The notes beneath the pieces were generated by a model. It saw only the letters and a list, made by a program, of their open reading frames with translations. It was not told the origin of the DNA and searched no databases. A program made the position numbers and the translations under genes. DNA of 62,223 bases, counting the filler, from Nitrospirae bacterium CG2_30_53_67 (lineage in GTDB: Bacteria > CG2-30-53-67): NCBI GenBank assembly GCA_001873285.1. It is 6 parts of 6 records of this genome, joined end to end, with 100 filler letters (N's around TTAATTAATTAA, not from the genome) between each part and the next. Parts side by side here need not be neighbours in the genome. Positions count along the whole stretch, not along the records: positions 1 to 21,905 come from MNYV01000162.1; positions 22,006 to 26,051 come from MNYV01000018.1; 4 more parts are not named here. The stretch is one strand, 5' to 3'. Shown in pieces: positions 13,103 to 22,168 of this stretch (position 1 is its first letter; each line of letters opens with the position of its first letter).

Positions 13103-13649
13103 GAGTCAGTCCCATTCTTAGTTGAAATTCCGTAGCGGCTCCCATCTTCATCAGGCAGCTACACCCTCCTTTCCCGAGGCCGGCTCTATCCTCAACTCCC
13201 TTTGGATCGCTATTACCAATTGGAGAAGATGCCGGTAACCACAGATCTTATTCAGCCTGGGCTCTATATCCAATAAGGCGGCAGCCAACTATCTCTGTTT
13301 CTGATTCGAGTTCTTCCAATGATCTACTTTGTCCAGTCTCTGACCGATCAGGGACATGAGCGACTCGATGCAGTTGCTGGTCTTCAGGCTGGGGCCGAGC
13401 TCCTGAATTCGCCCCAGCTTGTGTAACGTCAACGTCTACTCAAGACCCTCTTTCCGACTTCTGACCGCCGACTCATTGATCAACTTGAGCGCCTTCTTCA
13501 CCTTGGCCCTTCTTGCCTTGACATTTTTGCCTGCTTATAATACTTTTTTCATCAGCGGTTCATTTCCTTAAAATGGTTTCTAACTGACCAGAAACAAAAC
13601 CATTTTAGGAGCCGATACTTTAAATTTCAACTAACTTTAGCAGACCGCC
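13103..13649 (-). mobile_element. Internally deleted, degenerate IS256-family element
   Basis: Minus strand reads LINESAVRS..TLTLHKLG and KTSNCIESL..LAAALLDIEPRL..GYRHL with stops; inverted ends share TTAGTTGAAATT. Confidence 0.7.
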
Positions 13650-13693
13650 GGTCACACTTTATGCGGTCATTGCAGGCAGGAGGAATGGAAACG

Positions 13694-14554
13694 ATGAAGA
13701 TATATATATCCCCCCCATTTATTACATTTATAAAACAGACCCGGCATATCATTCCCGCTTTTATTTTGCTATATCTTCTTTTTATCATTTCTGATCCTGC
13801 TTTTTCACAGGAGACCGGACAGGTTCAGAAGGTGTATGACGGCGATACGGTGCTGCTGTCAGATGGCCGAAAAGTAAGGTATCTGGGAATTAATACGCCG
13901 GAATGGCAGGAGCCCTTTTATTTAAAAGCAAAACGGATTAACGAGTCATTAGTGATGGGGAAGGATGTTCGCCTGGAGTTTGACGAAGAACGAGTAGACA
14001 AATATGGTCGTTTGTTGGCGTATCTTTATGTGAGAGATCAGATGGTAAATGCCAAACTGATTGAGGACGGTCTCGCTCATGCATTTTTCATCCCGCCGAA
14101 TCGTAAACATCATGCATTACTGCTCAAACTTCAGGCAGATGCCAGGGAACGCAAATTAGGGATATGGTCTAAACGCGGCAAGATGTCTGTCCTTAAGATT
14201 ACCAGTGTCCACCCGCCTATCTCCGCTGAAGGAAAATCGCTTCAACCCTATTCACGGATTGCTAATATCAGTAATATTAAGGTCAATCTTGCAGGATACA
14301 CACTTTCCAGCGAAACAGGACCCTCGTATAAGTTCCCTGATATTGAGTTGGCGCCTGGGTATACCGTTCTTGTTGTCAGCGGGAAGAAAATCAATAATCT
14401 GAAAAGCGAAGGTCAGCTCGTTATTTACTGGAATGATCAACCTGCCAAATGGGATGAAGAGGAGGACACTGCATACCTCACAGCCCCTGATGGAACTCTA
14501 ATAGACTTATATCATTACAAGGGACGCCGAGTCTCACGAAAACCTAAGCAGTAA
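13694..14554 (+). CDS. Exported thermonuclease (SNase) with C-terminal lamin-tail-like domain
   Basis: YDGDT, VRYLGINTPE, DKYGRLLAY, GLA; C-term NLAGYTL..LAPG..W.DTAYL. Confidence 0.85.
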   Translation: MKIYISPPFITFIKQTRHIIPAFILLYLLFIISDPAFSQETGQVQKVYDGDTVLLSDGRKVRYLGINTPEWQEPFYLKAKRINESLVMGKDVRLEFDEERVDKYGRLLAYLYVRDQMVNAKLIEDGLAHAFFIPPNRKHHALLLKLQADARERKLGIWSKRGKMSVLKITSVHPPISAEGKSLQPYSRIANISNIKVNLAGYTLSSETGPSYKFPDIELAPGYTVLVVSGKKINNLKSEGQLVIYWNDQPAKWDEEEDTAYLTAPDGTLIDLYHYKGRRVSRKPKQ

Positions 14555-14787
14555 ACTCCTTAAGTAAGTAAAATGGAAAGGTTCTTTTTAAAGGATATGT
14601 GCCTGCCGACTTCGCCAATCCACAACGTTATCCGAAATTGTGTTTTTAAGTTGAAAAGATTATGGACTTAACCCCGTCAATGTGACATAATTATTTGTTG
14701 GGAACATGATTGGGCTGATTGTCCCCTTGAGGTTTTATGCCTTAAAGAGATTGTTTGTAAATTTAAATAACATGAAAGAGGTTGAAC

Positions 14788-14982
14788 ATGAGCAAAAAGG
14801 AATTACTTATCAGTGAACTTGAACAGTTTACGGAGCCTCTTCTTGATGAGGTGTTGGATTTCGTCCATTTCTTAAAGACTAAGTTAACAAAGGAAAGGAT
14901 CGATACTGCTATCGCGAGTGAATCCGCTTTAAGAAAAGATTGGCTTAAAGCAGAGGAGGATGAGGCATGGCAAAGTTTGTAA
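14788..14982 (+). CDS. DUF2281-type antitoxin
   Basis: EVLDFVHFLK and ASESALRKDWLKAEEDEAWQSL; overlaps toxin gene. Confidence 0.8.
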   Translation: MSKKELLISELEQFTEPLLDEVLDFVHFLKTKLTKERIDTAIASESALRKDWLKAEEDEAWQSL

Positions 14983-15347
14983 GAGGCGATGTCGTTGTTG
15001 TGCCTTTTCCCTTTTCTGATCTAAGCCAATCTAAAAGACGGCCTGCTTTAGTCATTACATCATTGGACGGCGACGACCTTATTCTTTGTCAGATAACCAG
15101 TCAAACAATCAAAGACAATTATTCACTTTCACTTGATGATAAAGACTTTAAAACGGGGAGTCTAAAACAGACAAGCAATTTAAGGCCTAATCGCATCTTT
15201 ACAGCGGACAGCCATATTATCTTATATCGCGTCGGCAATCTTAGGGATGAAAAGCTCTCTGAAGTTGTTGAAAAGATTGTTGAAATAATTCGCGGTAAAA
15301 ACACAACTTCCGATAACAAAGCGCAAACGGCTATCACACAAACCTGA
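14967..15347 (+). CDS. PemK/MazF family toxin
   Basis: RGDVVVVPFPFSD, KRRPALV, QITS. Confidence 0.9.
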   Translation: MAKFVRGDVVVVPFPFSDLSQSKRRPALVITSLDGDDLILCQITSQTIKDNYSLSLDDKDFKTGSLKQTSNLRPNRIFTADSHIILYRVGNLRDEKLSEVVEKIVEIIRGKNTTSDNKAQTAITQT

Positions 15348-15375
15348 CGGCTTCGTTTACGCTTGAACGTTATCC
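15311..15375 (+). other. Integron attC-like recombination site
   Basis: CGATAAC ... AAGCGCAAACG / CGTTTACGCTT ... GTTATCC, 65 bp, directly after toxin; a second AACGTTATCCGAAATT at 14624-14639. Confidence 0.65.
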
Positions 15376-15435
15376 GAAATTACGGGCAAAATTTTAAGAG
15401 GAATTAAAACCGCGTATAGAAATTCAGATTGATCC

Positions 15436-18036
15436 TCATACAGGAAGATGTTCCTTCACAAACTCTTCGACATACCAGTCCGTAATGGCATCATTGTACA
15501 TGACCATGTCCAGTTGTTTGGTATAGGCGGTCAGCTTGCCCATGAGTTCCAGACGTTCTTCAATGTGAGGCTGTTTGAATTTTGCAAGCACGGCATCAAT
15601 GACGTCTTCGGTAAACGTCACCTTAAAATCCATCTTCTTCAGAATCTTCCGGATGAGCCGGACCCTCCTTAATCTCCTGTCGGCGGAGGCCCCGCCGCCC
15701 TTGAAAAAGAATCTGATGTAATTGTCATTCATGTTTTCGCCCGCATACGCCTCCACCATGGAGAAGTGATAACCGAGGCGGATGCTGAAATTCATGTAAT
15801 GGCCGGAAATGACCGCCAGACTCTTCTCTCCGGTTCGGTAGATCTGATCCTCCGGTATGGCCGCGGTGTGGGCGATCATGCCGATAAAGCCCTTGGCATC
15901 CGCAGGACGGGGCTCAGGCCATTTCATGCCGCGCATCCCCTTGAGAAATGCAGAAAATGGGATCGAGCATATGTCCTCGGGAGAGGCCTTCTTGACATGG
16001 TTTTTTATACCGCCATCGATGTTAATGAGATGGACCGCAATAGGGATACCTGACAGCAGAGGGGTGGTAGCGACTCCTTCCAGGTCATAGTCTTCCCCCA
16101 ACCCGAACATCTTGGCCATGGCCATTTCATGGGCAAACCGGGTGATATCATGGAAGGTCCTGCAATATTCAGGCTTGAAGTCTTCCGCTTCAGGGTTGAC
16201 CAGATTCAAAGGGACAATCCACTTTAATGTCTTTTCCAGTGTTCTGAAAAGGCGGGTCTCTTTGAACGGCTCTTTTCTCTTTGAAGCATACTTCAGCAGC
16301 TTATCCACCTTCCCTTCATAAACCGTGCCATGGATGGCATCCACGGTCAGTTCCTGGCCATCCTGGATCATACTTGTTGCCGTCTCTGTATCCAGGATAG
16401 CGGGAATCCGATACTCCCTGGCCAGTGATGCCATGTGTCCGGTCACTCCGCCCACATCGGTAATAATCGCAGCGGCCTTGTCCATGACCATGACGAATTT
16501 GGTCGAGGTGTGTCTGGCTACGAGCACGGCCCCTGCCGGGAAATCGGCCAGGTCTTTTTCATCCTTCATCAGGAAGGCCTTCCCGTAAGCGATTCCCTTG
16601 CAGGCAATGACGCCCTTGTCCAGCAGGATCGTACGCCCCTCTATGCGCCTGGGAACGCTCCCTTCTGTTTGACCGGACGGGACCGTTCGAAGAGGCCGGC
16701 TCTGAAGGATGTAGATCCGGTGATCCTGGTCCATGGCCCATTCAATGTCCTGAGGCTTGCCGTAATGATCCTCCAGAACGGATGCATAGCGGGATAATGT
16801 GCCGGCCTCGTCATCGGATAGAGCGGGTTTTCCATTCAACTCCACGGGCACAGCTATCTGTTTGATGCCCCCTTCCTGGGCACAGGTCCACATGGTCTCC
16901 TGTTCCGGGATGCTGCTTTCCAGGACAGAGCCGTTCTTTCTGGAAACCATGAAGGCTTGCGGAGCAACCGTTCCATCCACTACGGACTTTCCCAGCCCCC
17001 ATACCGTATTCATGATGACGGTATCACTTTCCGGGTGATTGGGGTTCCTGGTATACATGACGCCGCCGGCCCTGGCATGGATCATCCGCAGGACACACAC
17101 GGCCATAACCATTTCCTCCTCTGAAAACCCTTTTGTCTTGGAGTAGAATATCGCCCGGGGGGTGAAAAGGCTGGCAACGACTTCTTTGTATTTTTGCAGG
17201 ATGAGATCGCCTTGGAGGTTCAGGAAGGTGGCATACTGCCCTGCAAAACTGAATTCTCCGTCTTCATGGATGGCGCTGCTTCTGACGGAGACCTTGACGT
17301 TCACATCCGGTTTTAGAAATTCACCATTTCCCCCTTTAATAAGGGGGAGTGTGGGGGGATTTTTTTCTTTAAGTCCGGTGTAGGCTGTTTGTATGGCCTC
17401 TTTAAGATCCGCAGGAATTTCCCCATGGATCACCATATCCTGTATCCCTCTGCCGACCTCTTCCAGTTTTTCCATACGATCAATAGGAAGTTCAGATAAT
17501 TTCTTATTGATCTTTTCCGCAAACCGGTTATGTTCCATGAACCTTTTGAAGGCGTATGCGCTGATTGAGAACCCATCCGGGGTGGGAAGGTGAAGCCGGT
17601 TTCTGATCTCTCCCAACTGTGCAGTCTTGCCTCCGGAGACATGGGACATATCGCCGGTCAGGTTTTCTATGGGAATAGTCAGGTCGGTTTGCGGGATCTC
17701 TATTTTATATTCGATGATTTTTTTCAACTCATCATGGATCTGATCATAGATCGGGAAGAGTTCCTTGAATGGGTCATGAGACAGGGCATTCAAGTCCTGA
17801 ATGATGTTTAAAACCCTGTCCGCAATCAATTTGATGCGGGTCTCAAGGTAGCGCTTGTCGAACAGGTATTCTCCTGAAAGTTTTTCCTCCATGTCCGCCA
17901 TGAGTGTCAGAACATGGTTGTTTTCTGTAAGGAGGCGCTGGAACGTCAGGTAGATTTGTTTCAGGGCTTCTTTGGCGGATCGCTCCTCTTCTCTCTTTTC
18001 TGAGGATTTTTTGAAGATCCTGAAAAGGCTGCGCAT
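15436..18036 (-). CDS. PEP/pyruvate-binding domain dikinase-like protein (PEP synthase-like, atypical C-terminus)
   Basis: GGK, VRSSA.HED..SFAGQY, PQDIEW, LQSRP; phospho-His loop GGVTGHMASLARE. Confidence 0.85.
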   Translation of the reverse strand: MRSLFRIFKKSSEKREEERSAKEALKQIYLTFQRLLTENNHVLTLMADMEEKLSGEYLFDKRYLETRIKLIADRVLNIIQDLNALSHDPFKELFPIYDQIHDELKKIIEYKIEIPQTDLTIPIENLTGDMSHVSGGKTAQLGEIRNRLHLPTPDGFSISAYAFKRFMEHNRFAEKINKKLSELPIDRMEKLEEVGRGIQDMVIHGEIPADLKEAIQTAYTGLKEKNPPTLPLIKGGNGEFLKPDVNVKVSVRSSAIHEDGEFSFAGQYATFLNLQGDLILQKYKEVVASLFTPRAIFYSKTKGFSEEEMVMAVCVLRMIHARAGGVMYTRNPNHPESDTVIMNTVWGLGKSVVDGTVAPQAFMVSRKNGSVLESSIPEQETMWTCAQEGGIKQIAVPVELNGKPALSDDEAGTLSRYASVLEDHYGKPQDIEWAMDQDHRIYILQSRPLRTVPSGQTEGSVPRRIEGRTILLDKGVIACKGIAYGKAFLMKDEKDLADFPAGAVLVARHTSTKFVMVMDKAAAIITDVGGVTGHMASLAREYRIPAILDTETATSMIQDGQELTVDAIHGTVYEGKVDKLLKYASKRKEPFKETRLFRTLEKTLKWIVPLNLVNPEAEDFKPEYCRTFHDITRFAHEMAMAKMFGLGEDYDLEGVATTPLLSGIPIAVHLINIDGGIKNHVKKASPEDICSIPFSAFLKGMRGMKWPEPRPADAKGFIGMIAHTAAIPEDQIYRTGEKSLAVISGHYMNFSIRLGYHFSMVEAYAGENMNDNYIRFFFKGGGASADRRLRRVRLIRKILKKMDFKVTFTEDVIDAVLAKFKQPHIEERLELMGKLTAYTKQLDMVMYNDAITDWYVEEFVKEHLPV

Positions 18037-18333
18037 GGATAGAATGCCTTTCTATACGGAGACATGGAAGATCAGATTATTTTCATCTTCTTAATATGTT
18101 ATTCATTGCCATTTCACGGTTTCATAAAGGGTTACAGCGTGATTATAGCGGATAAAAAAAATCTCGACAAGATAAAATAATATCATTATAATTCAATAAT
18201 TTTATTATATGCATGTACGGAATCTGATATTACATTGCGACAGAATGGGAATCTTCAGGGATCCTTTTACTGAATGCTGTAATGCAAAAAATGAGTTTCA
18301 TGGTTTTCACCATGGAATAAAAAAGGAGGTTTT

Positions 18334-18843
18334 ATGCCGAACAACAAGGCTGTGAAGGATTTGATGATCGATGTCTTTGACTACCCGCATATCCCGTATT
18401 GGTTTACGATCCGGCAGGCCATAGGGGTGATCAGGAAGTCCATGATCGAGGCGGAGAAATGTTTCAACCCGCTGGCCATTCTGGTATTCGATGAGAAGTA
18501 TAATCTAATGGGTACATTATCTCTGAAAGATATACTCAGAGGTCTGGAGCCGACGTTTCTGAGTGCCTCAACCAAGGCCCAGGGATATGCAGAGAGCGAA
18601 GAAACGCTTGCCATTGTGTGGGATAGTCTGTTTGCAGAAGGATCAAAGACGCTAGCGGAGAAACCGGTGAGCGATATCATGGTTTCGATCCGGGGGTATG
18701 TCGGCCCGGAGGATCCGGTCACCAAGGCCGCCTATCTGATGATTCATCAGGACAGCATGCTCCTGCCGGTCATAGAGAACAAGAAGATTGTGGGAATTAT
18801 TCGGATAAAAGAGGTCTTTGAAGAGATTGCCGGAGTCGATTAA
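18334..18843 (+). CDS. CBS-domain protein
   Basis: CBS pair; RBS AGGAGG. Confidence 0.85.
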   Translation: MPNNKAVKDLMIDVFDYPHIPYWFTIRQAIGVIRKSMIEAEKCFNPLAILVFDEKYNLMGTLSLKDILRGLEPTFLSASTKAQGYAESEETLAIVWDSLFAEGSKTLAEKPVSDIMVSIRGYVGPEDPVTKAAYLMIHQDSMLLPVIENKKIVGIIRIKEVFEEIAGVD

Positions 18844-18896
18844 AGATGGTTTGAATATTTATACATATCAGGAATCATTATCAGGGGAGGAGAGAG

Positions 18897-20421
18897 ATGG
18901 AAGGCAAACCGAGTGAAATAAAACCAGCAGGCTCCTTGCCGGAGCCGCCGGAGGAGATAAGGCTTGCCAGGATAAAAGAGGCCATTGACTGGAAGAGGGT
19001 ATTTTTCATCCTGTTGGGTCTGGGGCTTTTTTTTTCTTGTGTATTACACTCCCCCCTGGAAAGACGCTATCGACCCGGTCGGCAAGGCATTCCCGTTGAC
19101 CAAGGAAGGCAAGGGGGCCATTGCCCTGTTTCTCATGGCGGGCACCTGGTGGGTATTCGAAGTCGTGCCCATCGGGGTGACTTCGCTTGCCATCGGCGTA
19201 TTTCAGGCGCTCTTCAGCATCCGGTCCGCCAAGGATGCCTTCAAGGATTTTATGGACCCATCGGTCATGTTTATCTTCGGGTCCGTGGTGGTCGGTCTTG
19301 CCTTTTCCAAGACCGGTCTGACCAAACGCCTGGCTTATAAGATGCTCGAGGTGGTCGGAGAGAAAACGAGCATGATCCTGCTCGGCGCCTTGGTGGTGAC
19401 TGCGGGGCTCGCCCATCTCATGGCCCATACCGCAGCGGCGGCCACGGTTTTTCCCATCCTGCTCGCCATCTATGCCCTTTACGGCGAGGAGGACAAGCAG
19501 ACCAACTTCGGAAAGGCCCTGTTTATCGGCATGGCCTATGCCGCAGGCGCCGGAAGCATCATCACCTTCCTGGGATCCGCCCGATCCGCCGCAGGGGCCG
19601 GCATGTTCAGGGAATTTACCGGCAGGGACGTCGGATTTTTCGAGCTGACCAAATTCATGTTCCTCATCGGATGGCTCATGGTCTTCATCATCTGGGGCTA
19701 TCTCATGATCTTTCTCAAACCGGAGAAGAAGGTCATCTCAGGGCTCAGGGAGAAGGTGCAGAGGCTTTCCAGAGAACTCGGCCCCATGAGAATGGATGAA
19801 AAATTCGTCATTGTTACGGTGCTCGGCGTGGTCATCATCATGTCTTTGCAGTCCTTTGTCCCTGCATTAAAAGCCCTGGACCGGGCTGCATTGATCCTGA
19901 TCTCGACCCTCCTGTTCTTCATATTCAAGATCCTGACGGTAAAAGAACTCGAGGAGATCCCATGGAACATTATCCTCCTCTTCAGCGGCGCCATGAGCAT
20001 CGGTTTCTGCCTCTGGAAAACCGAGGCCGCCCAATGGATGGCGGTCAACTGGCTGGTCATGTTCCAGCACGCCCACTGGCTGGTCTTCGTTCTGAGCATT
20101 GCCACCTTTGTCCTGATCATGACGAACTTCATCATGAATGTGGCCGCCATAGCCATTTCTCTTCCGGTTTCCCTTGTGGTTGCAAAATATCTGGGAGTGG
20201 CGCCGGACGTCATCTTCTATGCCTCCCTGGTGACCGCGGGCATGCCCTTTCTCTTGCTCATCGGCGCGGCCCCAAATGCCATTGCCTATGAATCCAAGCA
20301 GTTCACCACCGGGGAATTTTTCAAACACGGGATCCCTTTGAGCATCATTCTGATTGTGGTTCTCGGACTGGCCATCGTTACCTTCTGGCCGCTTCTGGGT
20401 ATGCCGATACAGATTAAATAA
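18897..20421 (+). pseudogene. SLC13/DASS anion transporter, frameshifted at a T9 tract (19027-19035)
   Basis: RBS-led ORF at 18897 shifts +1 into the frame carrying WWVFEVVP, PWNIILLFSGA and GAAPNAIAY. Confidence 0.75.
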
Positions 20422-20449
20422 CGCCGGTTTATCAATAGGAGGTGAGCGC

Positions 20450-20923
20450 ATGAAAGCTGAAGATCTGATGATTCCTCTTCAGGGATATTTAAGCCCCGAT
20501 AACACCCTTCGGGAAGCGGTCAATCTTCTGAGGACGGCGCCCCGCGGGGTAGAAAGGGTCGGGGTCAAAGGGCTCCCGGTGCTGGATGCAAAGGGGCTTC
20601 CGGTCGGCATGCTCTCCATGCGGGATATATTGAAGGTCGTGTTCCCGTCTTACATGTCGCTGATGGACCTCGGGAAATTTACATGGGACGGCATGGTTGA
20701 GGACATGGCGAGGAAGGTGGGACATATCAAGGTTTCCGACCTCATGACCAAGAAGGTGATTCATGTGAATGAAGATGCCCAGCTCATGGAATGTGTGGAC
20801 CATATGATCAAGTATAACGTGCGCAGGCTCCCGGTCATCGGCAAGGACGGCAAGGTGGTCGGTATGCTTTATGAAAGGGATATCTTTTTTGAAATCACCA
20901 AGGCCATGCTGAATGAAAAATAA
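20450..20923 (+). CDS. CBS-domain protein
   Basis: GLPVLD, VRRLPV CBS pair; RBS AGGAGG. Confidence 0.85.
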   Translation: MKAEDLMIPLQGYLSPDNTLREAVNLLRTAPRGVERVGVKGLPVLDAKGLPVGMLSMRDILKVVFPSYMSLMDLGKFTWDGMVEDMARKVGHIKVSDLMTKKVIHVNEDAQLMECVDHMIKYNVRRLPVIGKDGKVVGMLYERDIFFEITKAMLNEK

Positions 20924-20949
20924 CCATTTGAAAATAGAGGAGGTCCGAG

Positions 20950-21905
20950 ATGAGTTCTGAGGCCGCTTCACAGGTCGTGGTCATGGGGCCGTCCTTCTGG
21001 ATGGCGACAGCGATTTTTATCCTGGCCTATGCCCTGATCATATCCGAGAAGGTTCATAAGACCATTCTGGCCATCTTCGGCTCGGCATTGATGATCGTTC
21101 TGGGGATCGTCACGCAGGAAGACGCCTTCCATTCCATGGAACTGGGCATAGACTGGAACGTCATCTTCCTGCTGGTCAGCATGATGATCATTATCAACAT
21201 CATGAAACCCACGGGCCTATTCGAATATATCGCCATCAAGAGCGCCAAGGCGGCCAGGGGGGAGCCGTTCAGGATCATGGCGATCTTCTCGATAGTCACG
21301 GCCACGCTCTCGGCATTTCTCGACAATGTGACGACGGTCCTCCTGATCGCGCCGGTGACGCTCCTGATCTGCCAGGCCCTGGAGCTGGAGGTGGTCCCCT
21401 TTCTGATCACCGAGGCCCTGGCTTCGAATATCGGAGGAACCGCCACCCTGATCGGCGACCCGCCCAACATCATGATCGCCTCCAAGGCCCAACTCGACTT
21501 CATGGCCTTTATCTACCATCTAAGCCCGGTCATCATCGTTGTACTGATCGCGTACGTAGCCACCATCAAGTTCATATTCGGGAAGCAGTTGCATGTGAAA
21601 GAGGAGTTGAAACAGCGAGTCATGGCCATGAATGAAAACGAGGCCATCAAGGACCCGGTGCTCCTGAAGAAGTCCCTTTTTGTGCTGGCCGTGACCATTA
21701 CAGGCTTTATCTTTCACGGGGCGCTTCATTATGAGCCGGCCACCATCGCCCTCTTCGGCGCAGGGCTTCTGCTGCTCATCTCAGGGACCAAGGAGCCGCA
21801 TCGCATCCTGGCCGAGGCCGAATGGGCCACGCTCTTTTTCTTTATGGGGCTGTTCATGATCATCGGCGGGGTGGTCAAGGTCGGTCTCATCAAGTGGATG
21901 TCGAT
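20950..21905 (+). CDS. ArsB/NhaD (IT superfamily) transporter, truncated by gap
   Basis: SAFLDNVTTVL, ASNIGGTATLIGDPPNIMI. Confidence 0.88.
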
Positions 21906-22005
21906 NNNNNNNNNNNNNNNNNNNNNNNNNNNNNNNNNNNNNNNNNNNNTTAATTAATTAANNNNNNNNNNNNNNNNNNNNNNNNNNNNNNNNNNNNNNN
22001 NNNNN
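21906..22005. other. Artificial contig-join linker (others at 26052-26151, 39754-39853, 43827-43926, 56692-56791)
   Basis: N run, TTAATTAATTAA six-frame stop, N run; identical in all five. Confidence 0.97.
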
Positions 22006-22128
22006 ATCGGGGAATCCATGGTTCGACAAGCTCACCATGACAATTGTCACCCTGAGCCTGTCGAAGGGTGGATTGTCCGGTCAAGCCCCGGTAAACCGAG
22101 GGCAGGCCGGACAATGACAAACTGATTA
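22006..22128. repeat. Palindromic dispersed repeat, copy 1
   Basis: 22006-22080 is the exact reverse complement of 60573-60647. Confidence 0.85.
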
Positions 22129-22168
22129 CGACTTCTGTCGCTGTGTATAGATAATCCGAGGTGAAGCG

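Noticed and set aside
21906..22005. Recurrent TTAATTAATTAA motif
   Set aside because: Artificial six-frame-stop linker between contigs; not biological, and cross-gap synteny was ignored
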